Shown here: positions 8,288 through 17,671 of the stretch, piece by piece
Position numbering within the stretch: the stretch's first letter is position 1
How the letters are laid out: each line of letters opens with the position of its first letter
From: an uncultured Holophagales bacterium
GTDB taxonomy: Bacteria > Acidobacteriota > Thermoanaerobaculia > Multivoradales > UBA5704
NCBI GenBank assembly: GCA_963842525.1
Contig: CAWJGT010000009.1
Coordinates: forward strand, 1,760,001-1,824,000
Length of the DNA stretch: 64,000 nucleotides
Reading direction: 5' to 3'
Made by a program: the position numbers and the translations under genes
Notes under the pieces: model-generated
Database searches by the model: none
What the model was told of the DNA's origin: nothing
Seen by the model: only the letters and a program-made list of their open reading frames with translations

Positions 8288-10320
8288 CTCCTGGCCGTAC
8301 CGACCTGCTCGCCCTCACGCCCGAGAGCCTGGCCGCCCTGGCCAACGTCGGCCTCGTCAAGCGCGCCCAGAAGGAGCTGGAGCAGGGGAGGGGGCCGCAA
8401 CTCTCCGAAGCGCCCAACGGCACCGTCGTCGGGACCTTTGCGGACGGCGTCGATCGCCCGCCTGCCGCCGGGGGTCCCTCTGCGCGAGGCCCCCTGCACG
8501 TGCGGCGCCGTCACCGTCTGCCGCCACCGGATCGCGGTCGCCCTGGCCTACCGGGCACAGCACGGCGGAGAGCCGCCGCCGGCCGAGGAGAACGCCGCGC
8601 CTCCCTGGTCTCCCGGAGAGATCGACGACGCCACGCTCCTCGCCCGGCTCGGCCGGCGGACGCTCGAACGGTCGCGGTCGCTGCGGCGGTCCGGCTGCAT
8701 TGTCGAGGTCCGCCGTCCGGGATTGCTCGACCCGGTCGCCACCGCGGTCCTCCCGACCTGCACGGTGCGTTTCCTGGTCCCCCGCGACCTCGCCTACGCC
8801 CGCTGCGACTGCCAGGCGCAGCAGGACTGCGAGCACGTGGCCGTTGCGGTCTGGGCCTTCCGCGCCGCCGATGCGCGGGACCGCGAGGCGCAGCAGCTCC
8901 TCGTGCAGGTCGCCGACGAAGCCAGGGGTCGATCCGTCCGAAGGCGACCCCGGCCGACCCCGCGCTGGAAGCGTTGGACAGCGCCATCCGCCTGGGCGAG
9001 GAGATTCTCCTGGAAGGGGTCGTCCATGCCCGCGACTCGCTGGCCCAGACCTTCGCCCTCGGCCGTCAGGGGCTGCTCCGCGCCGGCCTGACCTGGCCGC
9101 TGACCTTATTGGAAGACCTGGAGGAGGCCCTGGCCGCCTACCGCGCCCGCAGCGCCCGCTATCGCGCCGGCCGGGTGACCGAGCTGCTCGCGGAGCTGAC
9201 CGCCCGCAGAAGAGCCGTCCGCGGGACCGGCGAGCTGCCCGTCCCCTTCGTGCTGGGACAGGGAGAGGCGCTGGAGACCCGGCTCGACCACCTGCGGCTC
9301 GTGTCCCTGGGCGCCCGCATCGAGGCCGACGGCCGGGACCGGGAAGCCGAGGTCGTCCTGGCGGACCCGGACACCGCGATGGTCCTCGTGCTGCGCAAGC
9401 GTTGGACCTTTCCGGAGACGGAAGAGCCGCCGGACGCGACCGGCCTTGCCGCGCGCCGCGTGGCCTCCGGAGCCGCCCTGGGAGCCCTCGCCCAGGGCCA
9501 GATGGTCACCCGAGCCGCCCGGCGCCGCGCCAACCGCAGCCTTGTGTTTGGAGATGCGCGTGGCGGAGCCACCTCGGTCACCCCGCAGACCGGCGCCTGG
9601 GACGTGCTGCCCGCGCCGCTCCGCGTGACCCGCATCGCCGACCTCGCCGCGGCCTGGAAGACGCGTCCGCCGCGGCTGCTCCGTCCCCGCGTGCTCGCCG
9701 AAAACGTCCACGTCTTCGCCATCGAAAGCATAGCCGCCCTCGCCTACGCCCCCGGCGAGCAGACGCTGCTCGCAACCCTCCTCGACGCCGACGGTGAGCC
9801 GCTCCGCCTCGCCCGCCCCTACCGCTCCGTAGCACCGCACGCCCTGGACCATCTGGCCGCGGCCCTCATCGGCGCCTGGGGCTCCGTCCGCTTCATCAGC
9901 GGCGAGGTTCGCCGCCACCTCGGCGGCTTCGTCATCGATCCCCTGGCCGTGGTCTGCGACCGTCTCGTGGTCCCGGACCTGGAGAAGGGGACTGCCGAAC
10001 GGCCGCGCCTGCCGCTCGCCGGACCAAGCGCCGACCTGCCAGTCGAAGCCGCCGCAGCCGAAGCGTCAGGGCTTATCGAAGAGGGCGTCCACCAAGGCCT
10101 GCGCCGCGCCGCCCCCAGCTATCCCGACCGCCTCCGAGCCGGCGCCGCAAAGCTGGAAAAGGCCGGCCTGGCCACCGCCGCCACCCGCCTCCGCCGCCTC
10201 GAAGAAAGCCTCCGTCGCGCAAGGGCCGCGACCGAGGAGCAGGAAGAGAAGTGGAGGCAGGTGTCGACCGCCTGGAGCGACGCCGCCCTCCACCTCGATC
10301 TCGTGCGGGAGGTGGGGTAG
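8284..10320 (+). CDS. yehQ: SWIM zinc-finger protein (YehQ-like), two apparent frameshifts (~8452, ~8930)
   Basis: MTPGRTDLLALTPESLAALANVGLVKRA; CTCG..CRH and CDC....CEH SWIM motifs lie in the shifted frame; ATGA overlap with yehP. Confidence 0.8.
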   Translation: MTPGRTDLLALTPESLAALANVGLVKRAQKELEQGRGPQLSEAPNGTVVGTFADGVDRPPAAGGPSARGPLHVRRRHRLPPPDRGRPGLPGTARRRAAAGRGERRASLVSRRDRRRHAPRPARPADARTVAVAAAVRLHCRGPPSGIARPGRHRGPPDLHGAFPGPPRPRLRPLRLPGAAGLRARGRCGLGLPRRRCAGPRGAAAPRAGRRRSQGSIRPKATPADPALEALDSAIRLGEEILLEGVVHARDSLAQTFALGRQGLLRAGLTWPLTLLEDLEEALAAYRARSARYRAGRVTELLAELTARRRAVRGTGELPVPFVLGQGEALETRLDHLRLVSLGARIEADGRDREAEVVLADPDTAMVLVLRKRWTFPETEEPPDATGLAARRVASGAALGALAQGQMVTRAARRRANRSLVFGDARGGATSVTPQTGAWDVLPAPLRVTRIADLAAAWKTRPPRLLRPRVLAENVHVFAIESIAALAYAPGEQTLLATLLDADGEPLRLARPYRSVAPHALDHLAAALIGAWGSVRFISGEVRRHLGGFVIDPLAVVCDRLVVPDLEKGTAERPRLPLAGPSADLPVEAAAAEASGLIEEGVHQGLRRAAPSYPDRLRAGAAKLEKAGLATAATRLRRLEESLRRARAATEEQEEKWRQVSTAWSDAALHLDLVREVG

Positions 10321-10422
10321 AGATGGGATGAGAAGGCCACCCTCCCGGTGCGCAGTGCCTTAAAATGGCCCTGCAAACTGGGAATATTTAAGCGCTGGAA
10401 AGCGCAAGAAAGGAGGGTGGCC

Positions 10423-11481
10423 ATGAAGAATGCTATCAGAGTGGAGGTGGAGGCGGTGGTGGGCGTAGACCTTGGGGACCGTTCGAGTCAGATCTGTCGT
10501 CTGGATCGAGAAACGGGAGCGATCTTGGAAGAGAAGCGTCTGTCGACGACCTCGGCGAGCTTTCAGCGCTACTTTGAAGGGGCAAGCCCGTGTTTGGTCA
10601 TCCTGGAGAGCGGGACGCACACACCCTGGGTGCGGCGGTTGTTGGAATCTTTGGGCCACCAGGTGATCACCGCCAATCCCAGCAAGGTTCGGGCGATCGC
10701 ATCGAGCCTGCGCAAAAGCGACGAGCGGGATGCCCGGTGCCTGGCGCAGTTGGGCCGAGTGGACCCAGAGTTGCTCAGTCCGGTGCACGCGCGAAGCCCG
10801 GAGTCGCAGCAAGCCTTGGCAGTGGTGCGCGCCCGGGAGGGTCTGGTCAAGGTCCGGACGATGCTGGTCAACCAGGTCCGCGGGATGGTGAAGTCGTTCG
10901 GCTTTCGCCTGCCGGGGTGCTCGGCGAAGAGCTTCGCCCGAAGTGCGTCGCAGGCCTTGCCGCAGACGCTGAAGGCTTCTCTGGAGCCGCTGTTGGCGGT
11001 GATCGCTGATCTGAGTGAGCGGATCGGGGGCTTTGATCGAGACATTGAGGCGTGGGCGCAGCGTTTTGCCGTGACGCAGCGGTTGCGCCAGATCAAGGGA
11101 GTGGGAGCGCTGACGTCTCTGGTCTTCGTGTTGACGCTGGACGATCCGCATCGTTTTGCTCGCTCGCGTTCGGTGGGGGCCTACCTGGGATTGGTGCCAG
11201 CAAGTCGAAGCTCGGGCAGCTCGACGCCGCAGTTGCCGATCACCAAGCAGGGCGACCGGCTGTTGCGCTGGCTGCTGGTGCAGGCCGCGCACTACATCCT
11301 CGGTCCTTTCGGCCAGGACAGCGATCTACGCAGGTTCGGACTGGAACTGGCGCGGCGTGGAGGCAAAAACGGCAAGAAGCGAGCGGTGGTGGCCGTGGCC
11401 CGGAAACTGGCGGTGCTGCTGCACCGGCTCTGGATCAGCGGCGAGGATTACGAGCTGTGCCGCCAGCCGGTAGCAGCGTAA
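10423..11481 (+). CDS. IS110-family DEDD recombinase/transposase
   Basis: GVDLG, ILESG, KSDERDA, YLGLVP..SSG, AVARKLAVLLH; AGGAGG RBS before ATG 10423. Confidence 0.95.
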   Translation: MKNAIRVEVEAVVGVDLGDRSSQICRLDRETGAILEEKRLSTTSASFQRYFEGASPCLVILESGTHTPWVRRLLESLGHQVITANPSKVRAIASSLRKSDERDARCLAQLGRVDPELLSPVHARSPESQQALAVVRAREGLVKVRTMLVNQVRGMVKSFGFRLPGCSAKSFARSASQALPQTLKASLEPLLAVIADLSERIGGFDRDIEAWAQRFAVTQRLRQIKGVGALTSLVFVLTLDDPHRFARSRSVGAYLGLVPASRSSGSSTPQLPITKQGDRLLRWLLVQAAHYILGPFGQDSDLRRFGLELARRGGKNGKKRAVVAVARKLAVLLHRLWISGEDYELCRQPVAA

Positions 11482-11554
11482 AAAAGCTCAGGTAGGGGGA
11501 AATCTCAGGTAGGAGAAACCACGGTCGATAGGAGCTCGCGTCGAACCCCCGCTG

Positions 11555-11735
11555 CCGGCGACTGCGCTGGGCGTCTTCAGCCTACGAGGCCGCTGTAGAG
11601 ATAGCAGCGCCGCTGCGGTGGAACCCCATCATGCACCGAGTCCAAGCGACGGACTCCTCGAGAGTGCGGATAGAAGACTCGGGGACAGACGCAGCTCTGA
11701 AGCCAGATAGGGAAGGCCGCCAAGGGCGGCCTTGA
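11555..11735 (+). ncRNA. Putative bridge/seekRNA in the IS1111 right non-coding end (boundaries approximate)
   Basis: Target-matching GGGCGTCT (11569-76) and GTAGAGA (11595-601) lie in a loop closed by GCGCTG/CAGCGC; donor-matching CCCATC (11625-30) and ATAGAAGA (11670-77). Confidence 0.75.
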
Positions 11736-11737
11736 CA
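11732..11737 (+). promoter_or_regulatory. Outward-facing -35 box (TTGACA) at the IS right end; possible junction promoter on circularisation
   Basis: Perfect TTGACA just inside IRR, as in IS1111-group elements; the -10 in the circle would be weak (GAAGAT). Confidence 0.55.
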
Positions 11738-11885
11738 TTCGGGGCCTTCTCATAGAAGACGCCCTACCCCGCGACCACTGCCCTTGTGGCCACCACATCC
11801 GCCAGGGCGTCTCCAAGGCCCCCGCCACCACCGATGCCCCGCCCACGCCATGGTAGGATTCGATCGAGTTGTGGAGGCTCCAGCA

Positions 11886-12227
11886 ATGCAAGCACACAGG
11901 ATGCGCGTCGTGGTTCCGGAAGATCATCGAGCGGTGATCGAGTTCCCGAAGACCATTCGCTCCGGCCCGGTGGAGCTCATCGTGCTCGTGCCACCGGAGA
12001 GCGAAATGGAACCGGACCGCAAGCCTGAAGGGCAGGGTCGTATGGCGGCTCTGGTCGATGACCTCGCCAAGGATCCGCGGCCGTTTCGCGAGCTCTCACC
12101 CGACGAACGCAGTGCTCGGCTCGAAAAAGTGATGGGCGTGGGCCGCGGACTGATGTCGACGAGCGAAGAATTCGCCAGACAGAAGCGCGAGGAAATCGAG
12201 CTCGAGGAACAGAAGTTTGCCCGCTGA
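11886..12227 (+). CDS. Putative antitoxin (VapB-like partner of the downstream PIN toxin)
   Basis: Small ORF overlapping the PIN gene; C-terminal STSEEFARQKREEIELEE resembles antitoxin tails. Confidence 0.6.
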   Translation: MQAHRMRVVVPEDHRAVIEFPKTIRSGPVELIVLVPPESEMEPDRKPEGQGRMAALVDDLAKDPRPFRELSPDERSARLEKVMGVGRGLMSTSEEFARQKREEIELEEQKFAR

Positions 12228-12633
12228 CGGGCTGTACGTCTTCGATTCGTGTGCCGTCATCGCTTTTCTGCAGCGCGAGCCCGGCGCCGAGGTCGTAGCG
12301 GAAATCCTGAAAGATTCCAGGAACCGCTGTTTCATCCACGCCATCAATGCCTGCGAGGTCTACCACGACATCTACCGCCGTGGAGGTGAGGAGGACGCCT
12401 CAGCTCTCGAAGAGATCCTGGCAACTACCGGCATCGAACTGGTAGAAACGATTCCCTCCACCCTCTGGCGGACCGCTGGAAAGCTCAAAGCCGAATGGCG
12501 ACGGATATCGCTGGCCGACTGTCTCGCCATTGCCCTCGCCCTCTTGGAGAATGCCACCCTCCTGACCAGCGATCACCACGAGCTCGATCCGATCGCGCAA
12601 GCGGCGATCTGTCCGATCCGTTTCATCCGGTGA
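12217..12633 (+). CDS. vapC: PIN-domain toxin (VapC family)
   Basis: YVFDSCAVIA, INACEV, ISLADC, LLTSD. Confidence 0.85.
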   Translation: MPADGLYVFDSCAVIAFLQREPGAEVVAEILKDSRNRCFIHAINACEVYHDIYRRGGEEDASALEEILATTGIELVETIPSTLWRTAGKLKAEWRRISLADCLAIALALLENATLLTSDHHELDPIAQAAICPIRFIR

Positions 12634-12634
12634 C

Positions 12635-12751
12635 GCGACGCCGCCCTCCTCCTCGATCTCGTGCGGGAGGTGGGGTAGAGACGCCCTAGTCCGCGACCAC
12701 AACCCTTGTGGCTACCACATCCGCCAGGGCGTCTCCAAGGCTCCGCCACCA
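12635..12751 (+). repeat. Diverged direct repeat of the yehQ 3' end plus downstream REP
   Basis: Matches 10277-10323 joined to 11760-11830 (IS removed) with a few substitutions. Confidence 0.9.
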
Positions 12752-13072
12752 CGAACGCCCGGGACTGGCCTCCACAGCCTGCGGGCACCCCCCCTGGGAG
12801 CGCCGGCGTCCCGCCGGCATCATCAAGACAGTTGGGCCGTAGGCCCGGCCTTCTTGGACTGCGGCGGGAGGCAAGGCGCGAACTCATCGCTGGGATTGCG
12901 GTGCCTATGGCCGGCCGCCGTGGTCGCGGGGGGCGCGGGCCGGCGAGACGCCAGCGCTCCCAGGAAAAAACTGTTCGTCCGGTTCCCAGGCGTTCGTGGT
13001 CGCGGAGGCCGGAGACGCCCTGACGGTGGTGGTCGCCGCGAGGATGGTGGGAACGGACTAGGGCGTCTCTAC
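12675..13072. repeat. GTAG-type REP composite (family C) with a nested GGGAGCGC...GCGCTCCC pair
   Basis: GTAGAGACGCCCTAGT (12675) and ACTAGGGCGTCTCTAC (13057-72) are inverted; inner CCTGGGAGCGCCGGCGTC / GACGCCAGCGCTCCCAGG. Confidence 0.75.
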
Positions 13073-13389
13073 GAAGATTCGCTGGCCGTACCTGTTTCAA
13101 GCCGTTTTCCGGGGCTTCCTTTTTCTCTTCGTGTCCTTGGCCGCTGGGGCTGGTTGCACCCCGAATTCCCGATCCAGCAATTCCATCAAATCGGGCCGCT
13201 TGATACTCGTCCATGCCTCCCGTGCTGCCGCAACGTGTCCTTGGCGCTCCTCGGGAGTCGCGGCAACGCGGGCCAGCCTGAGGTGGCTCCCGCCGATCGA
13301 GTAGCGATTCTGAATGCGGCGGTAGAGGACGAGGGATTCCTCGAACGATCGTTGTGCATCCTCCGATCGCCCCTCCCGGACCGTGATGT

Positions 13390-14110
13390 CGCCGAGGCCC
13401 TGGATGCAGTTGGCCTCGCCGCGGAGGTCGCCGACTTTTCTGTAGAGAGGTAGTGCCTGCTCGTAGCGCTCGCGAGCGTTGTCGTGGTCGGACCTTTCGA
13501 GGGCGATGTCGCCGAGGCTCTGGATGCAGTTGGCCTCGCCGAGGAGGTCGCCGACTTTTCGGTAGAAAGGTAGTGCCTGCTCGTAGCGCTCGCGAGCGGT
13601 GTCGTGGTCGAACCTTCGAAGGGCGATGTCGCCGAGGCTCTGGATGCAGTTGGCCTCGCCGAGGAGGGAGCCGACTTTTCGGAAGAGAGGTAGTGCCTGC
13701 TCGTAGCGCTCGCGAGCGGTGTCGTGGTCGGACCTGTCGAGGGCGATGTCGCCGAGTCTCTGGATGCAGTTGGCCTCGCCGAGAAGGTCGCCGACTTTTC
13801 GGAAGAGAGGTAGTGCCTGCTCGTAGCGCTCGCGAGCGGAGTCGTGGTCGGACCTTCGAAGGGCGATGTCGCCGAGTCTCTGGATACAGTTGGCCTCGCC
13901 GAGGAGGTCGCCGATTTTGCGGAAGATGGGGAGTGCCTGCTCGTAGCGCTGTCGGGCGTCGGCATGGTCGGATCTGTTGAGGGCGATCTCGCCTAGGCGT
14001 GCAATGCAGTTGGCCTCGCCGAGGAGCTTGCCGACTTTTCGGTAGAGGGCTAGTGCCTGCTCGTAGCGCTCGCGAGCGGAGTCGTGGTCGGACCTGTAGA
14101 GGGCGATTTG
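13390..14110 (-). repeat. About six 120-bp tandem repeats encoding 40-aa TPR units
   Basis: AGTGCCTGCTCGTAGCGCT recurs at 13452, 13572, 13692, 13812, 13932 and 14052. Confidence 0.95.
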
Positions 14111-14469
14111 GCCGAGTTTCTCCAGGCAGCGCGCCTCCTGCTGTTGGTTTTCCAAGGCGCGAGCCGCGTCCGATGCTCGGGTCAGCGGGCCGACTGAGCC
14201 CAAGCCGGAGACGGTAGAGAATTTCCCCCAGGAGAGTGCGCCCTCAATTGCAGGTTCGGGATTTGGCTGCTCGAGCCGGGAGAGGATCATAGCTTCTACA
14301 TTTCCCGTCTCGGGCGCGAGCCGCTCGACGGCAGCCGCACCTCCTTCCCGCCCCACTTCCTCCCCTCGCAGTGCCAAATCCACATAGAACGCCACGGTCC
14401 GGTCGAAATCCTCCTGCTGCGGAGGATACCGACGCCGAGTGTGCTCCCGTACCGGCGCAAGAACCCTCA

Positions 14470-16047
14470 GAGGCTGTGAAGGAATCGCGGGTCCGAGATT
14501 GGAAGGCGGAGGGCGGTAACAAGGCGCATAATAGATGTGAGGATCCTAAAGCGTGCGCGGTCAGGGGCCACATCGTATCCGACGCGAGCTAAGGCAGCGA
14601 CAAGCGGTCGAAAACAGACTTGGACAGGGGAATTACCCTCCTTTTCGCCGCGAGGCCCTGACCTTTATGCCGATGCGACGCAGCCCGCGCCCAGCGAGAG
14701 GGTGCGCATCAGGTTGTGGGCAATGGCGAACCAAAGCAGCACCGCTCGGGCCTTGTGCAGGCCTCGCACTAACAGACGTTGCAGCCCGCGGTTGCGAGCC
14801 AGAGCGTTGACACATTCCACGCTCGACGCCCGCTGCTTGTAGATCTCTTTGGCCTCCGGTGTGCCCATGCGTTGGCGCCACTGCGCGATTGCCGGTGAAT
14901 CGGTCGACAGAGGCACATACGGATCGCGCGTCTTGTCCTTCGGCTTGGCGACCGGCGCATAGACCGTGGTGCCCAACTCGCTGGCCTTCTCGATATCTTT
15001 CAAACCGGCAAAACCACCATCGACCAAGCTCTCTGGCGGAATCACTTCATAGCGCTCTTCCAGTTGCTCCAGCATCGGCACCAACTGACCCTGATCGCTG
15101 CCGCTGTTGCTGACATCCACTCCCACCACGATCTGCGTCTCGGCGTCGACCGAAAACTGACCGTTGTACGCTGGACGAAATCCTCCATCCCCCATCTTCA
15201 TCACCCGTGCCTCGGCATCCGTCGTCGACACCCGCGCCTGGTCTTTCTTCTCCGCTGGCTTCTTGGCCGCAACCTCTGCCATCTGCGCCAACGCCGCCTT
15301 GACCCGATGCTGGCGGTCCTCCGCCGCGCGCTGCCGGGCTGCCGTCTGACGACGATTCGTCGCCTCCGGGTCTTTCTCCAGCTCCTCGCGCAGGCGTTCA
15401 ACCTGCTCCTGTGCCTCTTGTAGACAGCGCTCCAGACTCGATTGACGCCGAAACGAGGCCGCACCGGCACTGGCACGCACACGGATGCCGTCCTGCGACA
15501 CACGGTTCAGTGTCACCAGCTTCTGCTCCATCAACACCGCCACGCTCTGCGTCAGCACCTGATCGAGAAATTCCTCGTGCTGCACCCGAAAGTCCGACAA
15601 AGAGTGGTGGTTCACCGATACACCCCCCAAGATCCACCGATACGCATCGTGTTGAAGCGTCAGACGCTCCAGGGCTCGCGCGCTGCCCACGCCCTCAATC
15701 GTGGCGTACAACCATAAGGCCATGTAGATCCGCGGGTCGATGGCTGGACGGCCGGCACCCCCCTCCACCGATTGCACCTCCGCGTACAGAGGGCTCAGAT
15801 CCAGGGACTCCACGAACTCCCAGACGGCACGCGCAACGTGATCCGGCGGCAGAAGACTTTCCAGGTCCACGGGGCGCAGTTCCATCTGCGACCGGTTAGG
15901 AACCACCAAACGAGGAACCCCTTTCGCTTTGGCGGGCTCAGCACTCACTTCCGGCGCAGGGATAGGGAACAGAGTGTCGCTCATGCAGTAAGTATCTCAT
16001 GGATACGCTCCGCTACGAACCGCTTACCGGGATTTTTTCACAGGCTC
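14470..16047 (-). mobile_element. IS1182-family insertion sequence
   Basis: Imperfect terminal IRs GAGGCTGTGAA / TTCACAGGCTC; CTCAG at both junctions (14466-70 and 16047-51). Confidence 0.9.
14665..15984 (-). CDS. IS1182-family DDE transposase
   Basis: LLPPDHVAR, GRPAIDP, QDGIRVRASA, STTDAEAR, VDGGF, YKQRASSVE. Confidence 0.92.
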   Translation of the reverse strand: MSDTLFPIPAPEVSAEPAKAKGVPRLVVPNRSQMELRPVDLESLLPPDHVARAVWEFVESLDLSPLYAEVQSVEGGAGRPAIDPRIYMALWLYATIEGVGSARALERLTLQHDAYRWILGGVSVNHHSLSDFRVQHEEFLDQVLTQSVAVLMEQKLVTLNRVSQDGIRVRASAGAASFRRQSSLERCLQEAQEQVERLREELEKDPEATNRRQTAARQRAAEDRQHRVKAALAQMAEVAAKKPAEKKDQARVSTTDAEARVMKMGDGGFRPAYNGQFSVDAETQIVVGVDVSNSGSDQGQLVPMLEQLEERYEVIPPESLVDGGFAGLKDIEKASELGTTVYAPVAKPKDKTRDPYVPLSTDSPAIAQWRQRMGTPEAKEIYKQRASSVECVNALARNRGLQRLLVRGLHKARAVLLWFAIAHNLMRTLSLGAGCVASA

Positions 16048-17493
16048 TCAGTCGAGGCCCATCAGGGAGCGCCAACCCGATCTTGCGCAGAGTGGCCGCC
16101 GCCGCATCGCTTCCTTTAGGAAGAAGGGCTGGGAGATCCCCGCGGGCGATGCCGTCCGGCAGCACGCCCAAAAGCGAAAGCAGGCGACGGGCGGGCTCCG
16201 TCATCCGGGGGCCCTGGATCGAAAGCTCCAAGGAGATCTCAAGATCGGTCAGTCGCTGCCCGCCTTCGTCTCTTCGGAGCAAGTTCGTTCGTTCTTCGGT
16301 CCACCGCCGCCTGAGTCCCGCGAGGTCCGGCTCCCCCTCGGCCTGGTAGGCCAGCAGCGTGACCGCAAGCGGCAGACGGTCGACGGCTTCGAGGAGCCAC
16401 TCGAGGTCCGGATCGTTCCGGTACCGCTCGCCAGCGACAGCCAGGAAGGCTTCTCGCGCTGCCGGCAGATCCAGCGGCCCGACCCGAATCGCCTCGCGCC
16501 AAGGCGTCCCCAAGGGGCGTTGCTCTCCCCGGATCGAGGCCACCAAAGCCAGCTTTGGCACGGCGGCGAGTTGGGCGAGCAATTCTTCTGTGGGCAACCG
16601 ATCGCCATCCCATGGAGTTTCGGTGTTGTCGAGGACGAGCAACGCTGGCCCGCGTTCGAGGCTCACGAAAAATCCGGCTTTCGAGGTCGGGTCCGGGCTC
16701 CAGCGCCAAGGAGAGGCCGATCTCGCCCACCAGGGCATCGCGGCTCTTTGCACCTTCGCATCGCACGAAGTATCTACGACTGCCGAACTTCTCGACGACT
16801 TGTCGATGGTGCAGGGCCGCCTGGGTGATCGTCGTCTTTCCGGCCCCTGGGCCGCCGAGGACCGGCACGGGCGGGGGCGGATCGGAGCAGATGGCGTCCA
16901 CCAAGATTCCGACCTCGTCCTCCCGGCCGAAGTATCGGGGCGGGGGAGGGAGGCGGTGGACGGCTTGCTGAGAACTGGTGGGAGGGGATCCCGGAGTTTT
17001 TTCTTGAAGGAGCCCTCGCACCTCGCGCGCAATCGTGGCAAGCTGCTCTTCCCGTTGGTTCCCCCGAAAGCCTGCCAGCGGCTTGGCGCCCGAGGGCCTG
17101 ATCTGCATGGCGGCCAGCCAGGGGACGACCTGCCAGTCGCAGGAGCGCACGATGATCGGGAACACGCGCAGGCCCTGCTCGCTACGGCGTGTTAGAAGCC
17201 GGGGAACCTCCTCTCCGCGAATGAAAGGCGAGGTCAGGAAATCGGCCGAGATGAGGAGCAGGGCGATGTCCGCCGATTCGATCTCCCTGGTGATCTCTTC
17301 GAACCAGCCGGAGCCCGCCTCGATCCGTTGGTCGTCCCAGATTTCGAGCAGGCCCTCCTCGGCGGAAATGCCGAGGTGCTTCACAAGACGGTCTTTCCAG
17401 ACCTCGTCCTCATGGCTGTAGCTGATGAAGACCTTGGGAGGGGGCACACGAAAATTCTAACCTGTTCGGCCCCTGCTCAGGACGCCTGCGGAC

Positions 17494-17640
17494 GTACATT
17501 GTCGACGAGGCCTTGTGCGTCACCCACAAGCTGTCGTACCTGACGCACGACGCCTAGTACGCCACGTACGAGGCCTCGTACGTCACTCACGAGCCGTCGT
17601 ACGTGACGTACCAGGCCTCGTCGGTGACAAACGAGGCCAT
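17494..17640. repeat. Seven degenerate 21-bp tandem units, each semi-palindromic
   Basis: Consensus approx. GTACGTSACNYACGAGGCCTC; exact 21-bp period. Confidence 0.85.
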
Positions 17641-17671
17641 GGCGGCGGGGTACCCGCCCGTTTCGCTCACT

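Larger units (their letters stand above)
10321..11759 (+). mobile_element. IS110-family element, IS1111 group
   Basis: Sub-terminal IRs ATGAGAAGGCC (10328-10338) / GGCCTTCTCAT (11743-11753); AGA core at both junctions; empty site GGGGTAGAGACGCCCT at 12672-12687. Confidence 0.92.
13097..17447 (-). pseudogene. TIR - STAND NTPase - TPR (NLR-like) gene interrupted by IS1182, plus one frameshift (~16670)
   Basis: TIR VFISYSHED; P-loop GGPGAGKT; Walker B LLVLDNTE; removing the IS restores the frame ...DGPRLR|VLAPVREH...DRTVAFYVDL... into the TPR region. Confidence 0.85.

Noticed and set aside
7363-10320. 985-aa ORF as a single protein
   Set aside because: The first ~300 aa are an off-frame reading of yehP; yehQ starts at 8284
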